Positions 9,950 through 17,901 of a DNA stretch of 22,098 bases are shown here, in pieces. This DNA comes from Polyangiales bacterium (GTDB lineage: Bacteria; Myxococcota_A; Polyangia; Polyangiales; Polyangiaceae). Position 1 is the stretch's first letter. The number at the start of each line of letters is the position of its first letter. The notes under the pieces were generated by a model that searched no databases, was not told where the DNA came from, and was given only the letters and a program-made list of their open reading frames with translations. Location of the stretch: the NCBI GenBank assembly GCA_038230375.1, contig JBBRNJ010000117.1, positions 1 through 22,098 of the forward strand, given 5' to 3'. The position numbers and the translations under genes were made by a program.

Positions 9950-12210
9950 GCGACTCGGCGATTCCGGAGAAGCAGGCCGGAGCGAAGGGCGCGGAACCGA
10001 AGAAGCCCGCGCCACGAAGGAACATCCGGAAGAACGTGCTCCGGGTCGCGCTTGGCTTGCTCGTGGGCGTCGCGATCGCGGAGGGAGCGTTCCGAGTCCG
10101 CGACGGCGGCGCATTCCCGCACGTCAACGTGTACCTGGCCGACGCGGAGCTCGGCACGCGCCTGCGCCCCGGTGCCACCGAGAATGTGCGCTTCGCGTCA
10201 CCGAAGAACCCGATCACACAGCTGCGCGTGAACTCGGACGGCTACCGCGGAGACGAGTGGCCCGCGAAGAGCGATGACGAGATCGTCGTCGTGGGCGACT
10301 CGCAGGTCTTCGGCCTGGGCGTGGAAGAGGGTGAGACGTTCTCGAAGGAGCTCGAGCGCGCGCTCACGAAGCGGAAGTACTTCGTTCGCAACCTGGGCGT
10401 GCCCACCTATGGCCCCGGCGAATACAACAAGGTGCTCGCGGAGTCGCTGGCGAAGCGCCCGGCGAAGACCGTGGTGTGGGTCGCCAACATGGCGAACGAC
10501 CTCTTCGAGGTGGGCCACCCCAACAAGGATCGTCACGTCGTGTGGGACGGCTGGGCCGTTCGCAAGGAGCACGCGCCGCAGAGCGTTCTGGGCTTCCCCG
10601 GTCGCGGTCTGCTCTTCACCGACTCGCACGCTTTCTACGCGCTCCGCCGCTACGCCTACGAGCGTGATGCGGACGGCACGCAAGATCGCGGGGTGCCGAG
10701 CGAGGGCACGTTCAAGGACATTGCCGGTGGTGCGGTCATCACGGCGCGCGAGCACGACAACGAAAAGGCCGAGGCCGAGCGCCTGGAGAAGCTCCACGCA
10801 AGCCAGGCCAAGTACGCACGCGACGCGGCAGAACAAGCGTCGCTCGCGATCGAAAACCGGATCATCAAGGACGCAAACGACGCTCCCCCCGAGCAGAATC
10901 CGCTGCGCAACGCAGACTCGGATTACCAGAAGGAAGACTTCATCCCGAAGGAGCAGGTCCTCCAGGCCGCACGGCTGTCTCCAGGCGACATCGTGCGCAC
11001 GAGCTACGGCGAAGAAGGGCGAGACGTGCGCGTGAACGCCGAGATCATCCGTAGAGGCGCCGCCATGCGCGCCTCGCTCGAGAAATCGCTCCGCGAGAAG
11101 GCAGAGGCGCGCAACAACAAGGAGGTCCTTGGACTGTTCGAGAAGCGCGACGAGCTCGCGCAGCGCGCGCTGGAGATCGAGAAGGAGCGCGCGAAGAAGC
11201 CGCCGCCCCTCTCCCCTCTCGCAAAGGACATCGCCGCGGCGAAGGAGATATGCGACAAGGCCGGCGCGCGCCTGATCGTGGTCGCGTTGCCGATCGACGT
11301 GCAGGTCGACAAGGCAGAGTGGGCGAAGTACGGGAGCGCGCCGCAGGACATGGAGGCGACGAAGCTCCTGAACGCGGACGTGGTGACCGCCGCAGAATAC
11401 GTGGGCGCCGAGGGCCTGGACGCAACCACGGCGCTTGCCGCGGCGGAGCCGGGCGCGTTCCTGGACGGCGACATCCACATGACACCGAAGGGCCACAAGG
11501 CGCTCGGACAGGCGCTCGCGGCGGTGCTCGCGGTTCCGCACGTGCATCGACCGGAGGGCGGGCTTGCGCCGGGCCGCTCGCTGCAACCAACCCAGGACGA
11601 GTGGACCCAGGACACCGAGATCGCCGTCACCGAGTCCGATCCGGCGGGCTGCGAGACGAAGCGCGTGCGCGAGTGGGTGGGCATCTTCTGCCACGGCGCT
11701 GCGAAGGGCGTGCGCGTGGATCGCGGACGCGAGGTCGTCGCAGGCGCGATGCCGGGCCAGGTCGTCCTGGTCGCGCCCATCTTCCCTGGTCAGGACATCC
11801 ACGCGACGTTTGCATACGCGCAAGAGACCCGCGGCTTCACCGTGAAGCCAGGCAAGGACGGCGCGCCGCCGGACATCGCGTTCACCAAGCCCGAGGCCAA
11901 GGACGACAGCATCCCAGGCCCTGCGCCCGAATCAGGTGCATTCTGCACGTGTTTTGAGTCGGAGAACAAAGGCAAGAAGAAGTGCGGCGAAGCTCGCACT
12001 GCCCCGAACGCGGACTGCGCGCGTACGTACGGCACCACGTGCGCTTCGCTGATGGCGTGCGCGACCGGCAGCCCGATCGCACCGCCCACCTGCGACAAGC
12101 TCGCCTCCACCGTGGGCAGCGTGAACGCTTGCGTGCCTCTGTGCGGCACCGAGCTCCCCTGCGCGAAGGGAACGTGCACCAAGGTCCAGGGAGGCGACGT
12201 GTGCCTCTGA
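9946..12210 (+). CDS. Membrane-anchored SGNH/GDSL-family protein (SxtL/AlgJ/DltD-like role) with a helical insertion and Cys-rich C-terminus; start uncertain (CTG 9946 or GTG 10036)
   Basis: TM VLRVALGLLVGVAIAEGAFR. All four SGNH blocks present: VVVGDSQVFG (Ser codon 10300), NLGVPTYG, ANMAND, DGDIH (His codon 11476). 14 Cys after the catalytic His. Confidence 0.85.
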   Translation: MSDSAIPEKQAGAKGAEPKKPAPRRNIRKNVLRVALGLLVGVAIAEGAFRVRDGGAFPHVNVYLADAELGTRLRPGATENVRFASPKNPITQLRVNSDGYRGDEWPAKSDDEIVVVGDSQVFGLGVEEGETFSKELERALTKRKYFVRNLGVPTYGPGEYNKVLAESLAKRPAKTVVWVANMANDLFEVGHPNKDRHVVWDGWAVRKEHAPQSVLGFPGRGLLFTDSHAFYALRRYAYERDADGTQDRGVPSEGTFKDIAGGAVITAREHDNEKAEAERLEKLHASQAKYARDAAEQASLAIENRIIKDANDAPPEQNPLRNADSDYQKEDFIPKEQVLQAARLSPGDIVRTSYGEEGRDVRVNAEIIRRGAAMRASLEKSLREKAEARNNKEVLGLFEKRDELAQRALEIEKERAKKPPPLSPLAKDIAAAKEICDKAGARLIVVALPIDVQVDKAEWAKYGSAPQDMEATKLLNADVVTAAEYVGAEGLDATTALAAAEPGAFLDGDIHMTPKGHKALGQALAAVLAVPHVHRPEGGLAPGRSLQPTQDEWTQDTEIAVTESDPAGCETKRVREWVGIFCHGAAKGVRVDRGREVVAGAMPGQVVLVAPIFPGQDIHATFAYAQETRGFTVKPGKDGAPPDIAFTKPEAKDDSIPGPAPESGAFCTCFESENKGKKKCGEARTAPNADCARTYGTTCASLMACATGSPIAPPTCDKLASTVGSVNACVPLCGTELPCAKGTCTKVQGGDVCL

Positions 12211-12866
12211 GCGGCTCGCTGTATCGGGTGCTCACGGTGGGCGTCGCGGGCTGCCTCGTGCTCGCGTGCGACGCGAAGGCGACCGAGGACGCGCATGGAC
12301 CGCGCGGCGACAGCTCCGCACGGCCCGCGGACCTCATGCTTCCGGCGGCTCCGCGCAAGGAGCAGCTCTCTGGCGCGCTCGTGGCGAAGGCGCGCGCGGT
12401 CCAGATGAGCGCGCAGGGGTTGGTGGACAAGTGCGCACTGGAGTCCCGCAGCGTGGGGGAGGATGAGATCTACTTTGATTGGTGCCCGTTCACTGCGGCC
12501 ACCGTCGCGACACTGCACGAAGCGGTCACCGCGCTCCTCTCGTCCGGGCTCGTGCCGGAGACGGGGCCCGCATCTTCGTTCGCGGAAGAGGCGCGCATGT
12601 TCGACGCCTTCATCGCCGACGCCTCGAAGAAGCGCCCCGACGAGGACTACAACTACCGCGCGATGCAAGGCCACACACGCGGCACGCTGTGGCACTACCA
12701 GGATCTCGCGTTTGCGTGGAACGCGATGCTGCCGCAAGATCCCATTCCCGTGGACTACGGGCACACCACCTTCGCCACGGACGGGGGCGCGCCGCGTTAC
12801 TGGGAGCGATGCGGTGGGCTCGCCTGCTTCCGGCGGACCAGGCCCACAAAGCACGAGAGGCCATGA
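12201..12866 (+). CDS. Hypothetical lipoprotein (221 aa)
   Basis: GGAGG at 12190-12194 then GTG 12201, overlapping the upstream stop. Signal YRVLTVGVAGCLVLA-C. Fills the gap exactly up to the ATGA overlap at 12863. Confidence 0.75.
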   Translation: MPLSGSLYRVLTVGVAGCLVLACDAKATEDAHGPRGDSSARPADLMLPAAPRKEQLSGALVAKARAVQMSAQGLVDKCALESRSVGEDEIYFDWCPFTAATVATLHEAVTALLSSGLVPETGPASSFAEEARMFDAFIADASKKRPDEDYNYRAMQGHTRGTLWHYQDLAFAWNAMLPQDPIPVDYGHTTFATDGGAPRYWERCGGLACFRRTRPTKHERP

Positions 12867-13552
12867 GCGAGGCACGGGTCACTCACCTGCTCGCCCGACT
12901 CACCGCGCCCATCTCGTTCGCGACGAAGGCACGCGTCGCGAAGCGCCTCTTCGTGTTCGCGCTGGCGGAACAGGAGAGCATGTTGGAGCTGCGCGCTGCG
13001 GCTGCGCTCTGCGAGTCGCCGGAGAGGCGCGCGCTCTACCTTCGTCACGCACTGGACGAGGAGCGTCATGCGGCGATGTTCGCGGCGCACTCCGCGGAGC
13101 TGCGCCGCGCGCTTGGAAAGTCGCCGTGGGGCGCGCCACGCGCTGCATCGGAGGACCTGTACGCGAGGCTCGGAGAGGCTGGTTTTCTCGCGTTCGTGCA
13201 CGCGGGTGAGCGCAAGGGACGCACGCAGTTCACTTACTACGCGCGCTACTTCGAGCGCCGCGGCGAGACCAAGCTACGCGCGCTGTTCAGCACGCTCATA
13301 TCCGACGAGCAGGGGCACGAGGACTACACGCTGCGGCTCCTTCGCGACACGGAGGGCCAGGGACGCCCCGCGCAACGGAAGCTCTGGCGCGTACGCGGAT
13401 GGGAGGCGGTGCGCATGTGGCGGCGCGCCGGACAAGGGATCGCGGGCGCGGTGTACTTCGCGCTGATGAGCGTGCTGTACGTGTCGCTCTTGCCGCTCTC
13501 GCTGTGGGTGCGACTGACGCGCCCCAAGCCGCGCGGCTGGCTTCCCCCGTGA
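12863..13552 (+). CDS. Ferritin-like di-iron protein fused to an SxtJ-like C-terminal membrane segment (229 aa)
   Basis: E36...D65-E66-E-R-H69 and E116...D148-E149-Q-G-H152 form two ExxH di-iron sites. C-terminus is WRRAGQGIAGAVYFALMSVLYVSLLPLSLWVRL...RGW. ATGA and GTGA overlaps at both ends. Confidence 0.82.
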   Translation: MSEARVTHLLARLTAPISFATKARVAKRLFVFALAEQESMLELRAAAALCESPERRALYLRHALDEERHAAMFAAHSAELRRALGKSPWGAPRAASEDLYARLGEAGFLAFVHAGERKGRTQFTYYARYFERRGETKLRALFSTLISDEQGHEDYTLRLLRDTEGQGRPAQRKLWRVRGWEAVRMWRRAGQGIAGAVYFALMSVLYVSLLPLSLWVRLTRPKPRGWLPP

Positions 13553-15267
13553 GGGCCGTACTCGGTATCTCGGCCCAGTATCACGACTCCGCCGCCGCGC
13601 TCGTCAAGGACGGCGAGCTCGTGTGCGCGATGCAAGAGGAGCGCTTCTCGCGCGTGAAGAACGACGCGGGCCTTCCGCTCGCCGCCGCGCGCGCGTGCCT
13701 CTCGCAGGCGGGGCTCACCGCGAACGATCTCGACGCCGTCGTCTTCTACGAGAACCCGTTTGCAAAGCTGGAGCGCGTGCTCGTCTCCACGCTGCGCAGC
13801 TTTCCGCGCTCGTTTCGCAAGTTCCCCACGATGATCCGCGAGCAGCTGGGCCACAAGATCTGGGTGCTCGACGACATCGCCGCAGGCCTTGGGGTGCCGC
13901 GAGCGAAGGTCCAGCACGACGACCACCACGCCTGTCACGCGGCCTGCGCGTTCTACCTCTCGCCGTTCGCGGACGCAGCGATCCTCACGGTGGACGGCGT
14001 GGGCGAAGGCGTGACCACCACCATCTCCAGAGGGAGCGGCACGGAGGTGACGCGCCTCCGCGCCCTGCCCTACCCGCAGTCGCTCGGCCTTCTCTACGGC
14101 GCGCTCACGGCGTACCTGGGGTTCGAGGTCAACGAGGGTGAGTACAAGGTCATGGGCCTTGCCGCGTACGGAAAGCCCGCGCGGCGCGACGAGCTCGCGA
14201 AGATATTGAAGACGGCAAGCGACGGCAGCTTCGAGCTCACGCCCGATTACTTTGCCTATGACACGGACGCGGACGTCGGCTTCTCGCAGGCGATGGAGAC
14301 CTTGCTGGGGCCGCGACGCCTGCCCGGTCGGCCGTGGGATCTGGATGGCAGTGACGAAGATCGCGGCTACGCGGACATCGCTGCTTCGCTCCAGGAGGCA
14401 ACCACGGATGCGCTCGTGGGGCTCGCGCGCGAGGCGAAGCGACTGACCGGTGCTGAGAACCTATGCATTGCTGGCGGCGTGGCGCTCAATGCCGTGGCGA
14501 ACCGTGAGATCCTCGCGCGCGCTGGTTTTTCTCGGGTGTTCGTGCCTCCCGCCGCGGGGGACGCCGGCGGCGCGGTGGGCGCGGCACAGCGGTGGGCACA
14601 CGCGAACGGCGCGCCTCGCGGCAAGGCATTGGTCTCGGCCGCTCTTGGTGCCGACATCGACACGACGCGCGCGCGCGCCACGGCCCAGGCCATGGGCCTC
14701 TCCCACACGCGCACCGACACGCCTGCGCAGGCGCTCGTCGACCATCTCGAGCGCGGACACGTCGTTGCGGTGGCGCACGGCCGCTTCGAGCTGGGACCGC
14801 GCGCGCTCGGCCAGCGCAGCATCCTCGCGCTGCCGGAGGATGCAGACGTCCGCGAGCGGTTGAACCGCGTGATCAAGCGACGCGAGCCCTTTCGTCCGTT
14901 CGCCCCTTCAGTATTGGCCGAACGTGCGTCAGACTATTTCGAAGGAGCCCCGAACGACATGACCCCGTTCATGGTCACCGTCTGCGACGTGAAGGAGAGC
15001 GCAAAGGAGAAGCTGCGCGCCGTCACGCACGTGGATGGAACCGCGCGCGTGCAGACCGTGACCGCGGAGAGCGCTCCCCTCCTCGCGAGCGTGCTCCAGG
15101 AGCTCGAGCGACGCGGCCGGATACCGGTGGTGCTCAACACGTCGCTCAACGGCGCGGGCGAGCCCATCGTCGGCTCTGGCGAGGACGCGCTCGCGTTCTT
15201 CGACTCGCATCCGGTGGATGCCATGCTCGTGGGCGCCGACCTCTTCCTCACACGAGGCAGCTCGTGA
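13549..15267 (+). CDS. O-carbamoyltransferase, NodU/CmcH/TobZ/SxtI family (572 aa)
   Basis: LGIS..YHDSAAAL, EERFSRVK, HHACHAA, VDGVGE, EYKVMGLAAYG, GGVALN, GDAG (Kae1-like domain); GPRALGQRSILA, KRREPFRPFAP, HVDGTARVQTV, LNTSLN (YrdC-like domain). GTG 13549 overlaps the upstream TGA. Confidence 0.96.
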   Translation: MRAVLGISAQYHDSAAALVKDGELVCAMQEERFSRVKNDAGLPLAAARACLSQAGLTANDLDAVVFYENPFAKLERVLVSTLRSFPRSFRKFPTMIREQLGHKIWVLDDIAAGLGVPRAKVQHDDHHACHAACAFYLSPFADAAILTVDGVGEGVTTTISRGSGTEVTRLRALPYPQSLGLLYGALTAYLGFEVNEGEYKVMGLAAYGKPARRDELAKILKTASDGSFELTPDYFAYDTDADVGFSQAMETLLGPRRLPGRPWDLDGSDEDRGYADIAASLQEATTDALVGLAREAKRLTGAENLCIAGGVALNAVANREILARAGFSRVFVPPAAGDAGGAVGAAQRWAHANGAPRGKALVSAALGADIDTTRARATAQAMGLSHTRTDTPAQALVDHLERGHVVAVAHGRFELGPRALGQRSILALPEDADVRERLNRVIKRREPFRPFAPSVLAERASDYFEGAPNDMTPFMVTVCDVKESAKEKLRAVTHVDGTARVQTVTAESAPLLASVLQELERRGRIPVVLNTSLNGAGEPIVGSGEDALAFFDSHPVDAMLVGADLFLTRGSS

Positions 15268-15431
15268 TCCTCTCGCGTCTTCACACGGTGTTCGCGCTCG
15301 TGCGGCATTTCTCGCACCGGCAGCGCTTCTTCCTGTGGCCGCTCTTGATCGTGCTCCTGCTCTCGTCCGTGCTGCTCCTTCTCACGGGAGGCCTGAGCTA
15401 CGTGGCGCCCTTCGTATACGCCCTGTTCTAG
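15264..15431 (+). CDS. SxtK/DUF5989-like small membrane protein (55 aa)
   Basis: MILSRLHTVFALVRHFSHRQRFFLWPLLIVLLLSSVLLLLTGGLSYVAPFVYALF: basic patch, one TM and the APF[IV]YxLF terminus typical of this family. GTGA overlap, with GAGG upstream. Confidence 0.88.
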   Translation: MILSRLHTVFALVRHFSHRQRFFLWPLLIVLLLSSVLLLLTGGLSYVAPFVYALF

Positions 15432-15435
15432 AACG

Positions 15436-17901
15436 TCAGGTGAGCCAGACGATGGTGGCGCCGTCGCCCCCTTCGTTCTGCGCGCCGGCCCGGAAATAGG
15501 CCACGTAGCGAGACGTCTTGAGCTCGCGCCGGATGGCGTCGCGGAGCGCACCGGTGCCGTGGCCGTGGACCAGGAACACCACGCGAACGCCCTGCCCGAT
15601 GGCGCGATCCAGGAAGGTCATCGACATCGATACGGCGTCGTCGGAGAGCATTCCGCGCACGTCGCATACGTTGTCCGAGGTCTGGAATGGCACCTCGAGC
15701 TTGGACTCGTCGGAGGTCCGCGCAATGCTCGCGACGCTGGAGCGAACGCCGTCGCCTTGCTTGCTGGCCTTGCGGTCGCTCTCTCGCCCAGTGCTCCCGC
15801 TCCCGACGCGGAGGAGCTCTGTGACAGGCACGGTGACCTTCATGGCGCCCGCGGCGACCCGGACCGTGGTGCCCAGCACCTCGAGCACCTCGGCCTCTGC
15901 GCGCAAGCGTGCAACATACACGCGTGTTCCCTTTCGCAGCTCGGAGAGCGGAAGTACATCGCCTCCGTCGGCGCGCGACCGATCCCGGTCCCGCGCGCCC
16001 GGCTCCAGCGGTCCGAAGGCGCCCACGTCCTGCGCCACGCGATTGACCGATCTCTCGATCTCCGTGAGCTCGTCCTTGCCCAGTTGACGCAGCTTCAGGC
16101 GCGCGCGCGCCGTGCGGATGTCCTCCCGCGCGCGACGCACGTTCTCGGCAAGGGCCTGCGCCTCGCGCTCCACCGCGTCGTGCCGCTTCTCCTTCACGCG
16201 CTCGATCTCGCTCGTGAGGCGCTCGCGCTCCTCCCGCGCCAGGCGCGACTCTTCCTCGGCGCGGGCGCGGGCGAGCTCCAGTGCTGCGCGCTCCAGCTCC
16301 AGCTTTCTGGTGAGCTCCTCGAAGCCAATCTGCTCCTTGGAGAGGAAGCTCTTCGCGCGATCGATCACCGTGCTTGGCACGCCGAAGCGCGCCGCGACCG
16401 CCAGCGCGCTGGAGCTGCCAGGCACGCCGATGGTGAGCTTGAACGTGGGAGCCATGGTGCCTATGTCGAAGCCCACGCTCGCGTTCTCGAAGTTCGGAGA
16501 TACCAGCGCAAGCGCCTTCAGGCCCTCGTAGTGCGTCGTGACCAGCGCGGCTGCACCACGCGCGGTGAGCGAGTCCAGGATGCCCGCCGCGAGCGCCTCA
16601 CCCTCGCGCGGATCGGTGCCGGTCGCGACCTCGTCGAGCAGGACGAGCGAGCCGTCGTGCGCGGACTCCAGGATGGAGGACAGATTCTTCATCTGCGCGC
16701 TGAACGTGGAGAGGTTCTTCTCCAGGCTCTGCTCGTCCCCGACGTCCGTCAGCACGCTGTCGAAGATGCCCACCTCGCTCGACGGATCCGCAGCGATCGG
16801 CAAGCCCGCGCGAATGGAGAGCACCGACAGGCCGAGGCTCTTCAGCGCCACGGTCTTTCCGCCCGCGTTCGGCCCGCTCACCACCAGCGCGTGGCCCGCG
16901 CGCGCGTGGATGTCGCTGGGAACGACAGTGACACCGTCCAGGACGAGCAGGAGGTGGCGCGCGGACAGCAGCTTCGCACGCGGCTCGTCCGTAACGTCCG
17001 GGTACGAGAGGCGCGCCGCGAACGCGAGCAGCGCCGTGGCGGAGCGAACATCAGCGCGTGCGAGCGCCTGCGCTGCGCCCTCGATGGAGCCAAGGTGCTC
17101 GTGCAGGATGCCCGACAGCTTCGCGTAGATCAGGTTCTCCTCGCGCGTCACCTCGCCGTCCAGCACCTTGAGGCGATTGCCCAGCGGGATGACCACGCGC
17201 GGCTCCACGAAGAGCGTGGCGCCACTTCCGCTGGCCGAGTGCACCAGCCCCGGGAAGCGCTCGTGCGCGTCCGCGCGGATGGGAATGACGAACCGGCCTT
17301 CCCGCTCCGTGATGAATGTATCCTGCACGATTCCCGCGTGCTTGTGCATCAGCTCTTCGAGGCGCGACGTCATGCGTGCGCGCGCCGTGCGCTGTTCGCC
17401 GCGGAGCTCTCGGAGGCGCGGGCTGGCGTCGTCTTTCAACGTGCCGTCAAGGTCGAACGCGTCTCCCACGTCGCGCGCCACGCGATCGAGCGTGGGGTCG
17501 GTGGCGCACGCGCGAGACAGCGCAGGGCAGCGGTCCTCGCGCGTCTGCAGGAAGCGGCGGAGACTGCGCGCGGACTCCAGCATCTTCGCCGTGGAGAAGA
17601 GCTCCGCAGGCGACAGCACGCCCAGCACGCGCAGGCGACCGAGCGCCTCGCGCACGTCCGGCAGATCGATCGGGATGAGCGGCTCACCGCGCTCCGCCAG
17701 CATGAGCGCCTCGCGCCCCTCCGCAAGGACGTCGCGAAGCTCGTCTCGTGTTCCGGGAAAAGGAAGCTCGCGCGCCAGATCGGCCCCGAGCGCCGTGCGG
17801 CAGTGCGATGCGAGCGCGAGGAGTACGCGGCCCCACGACAGGTCCGCCCGCGTCTTCGGCGGACACGGGTCCTCGAGGATCGGAGACCGCGACAGAGCCA
17901 C
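15436..17901 (-). CDS. mutS2: MutS2 family protein (ABC-type ATPase, coiled coil, KOW, Smr domain)
   Basis: SGSGATLFVEP, Walker A GPNAGGKT, GDEQSLEKNLSTFS, LLDE, TTHY and Smr DVRGM...HGHGTGALR...EGGDGAT. No mismatch-binding domain. Confidence 0.95.
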   Translation of the reverse strand: MALSRSPILEDPCPPKTRADLSWGRVLLALASHCRTALGADLARELPFPGTRDELRDVLAEGREALMLAERGEPLIPIDLPDVREALGRLRVLGVLSPAELFSTAKMLESARSLRRFLQTREDRCPALSRACATDPTLDRVARDVGDAFDLDGTLKDDASPRLRELRGEQRTARARMTSRLEELMHKHAGIVQDTFITEREGRFVIPIRADAHERFPGLVHSASGSGATLFVEPRVVIPLGNRLKVLDGEVTREENLIYAKLSGILHEHLGSIEGAAQALARADVRSATALLAFAARLSYPDVTDEPRAKLLSARHLLLVLDGVTVVPSDIHARAGHALVVSGPNAGGKTVALKSLGLSVLSIRAGLPIAADPSSEVGIFDSVLTDVGDEQSLEKNLSTFSAQMKNLSSILESAHDGSLVLLDEVATGTDPREGEALAAGILDSLTARGAAALVTTHYEGLKALALVSPNFENASVGFDIGTMAPTFKLTIGVPGSSSALAVAARFGVPSTVIDRAKSFLSKEQIGFEELTRKLELERAALELARARAEEESRLAREERERLTSEIERVKEKRHDAVEREAQALAENVRRAREDIRTARARLKLRQLGKDELTEIERSVNRVAQDVGAFGPLEPGARDRDRSRADGGDVLPLSELRKGTRVYVARLRAEAEVLEVLGTTVRVAAGAMKVTVPVTELLRVGSGSTGRESDRKASKQGDGVRSSVASIARTSDESKLEVPFQTSDNVCDVRGMLSDDAVSMSMTFLDRAIGQGVRVVFLVHGHGTGALRDAIRRELKTSRYVAYFRAGAQNEGGDGATIVWLT

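Noticed and set aside
11982..15263. Long N-terminal extensions in the ORF track (starts 11982, 12479, 13399, 14592; also 2350, 3939, 5483, 8360, 9826)
   Set aside because: They overlap upstream genes or promoters and are mostly Arg-rich off-frame sequence. Family motifs, SDs and stop/start overlaps point to the shorter starts.
9946..15431. Saxitoxin biosynthetic cluster (sxtI/J/K/L-like genes)
   Set aside because: No sxtA, sxtG, sxtB or other core genes in the window; the I/J/K/L-like module is present alone.
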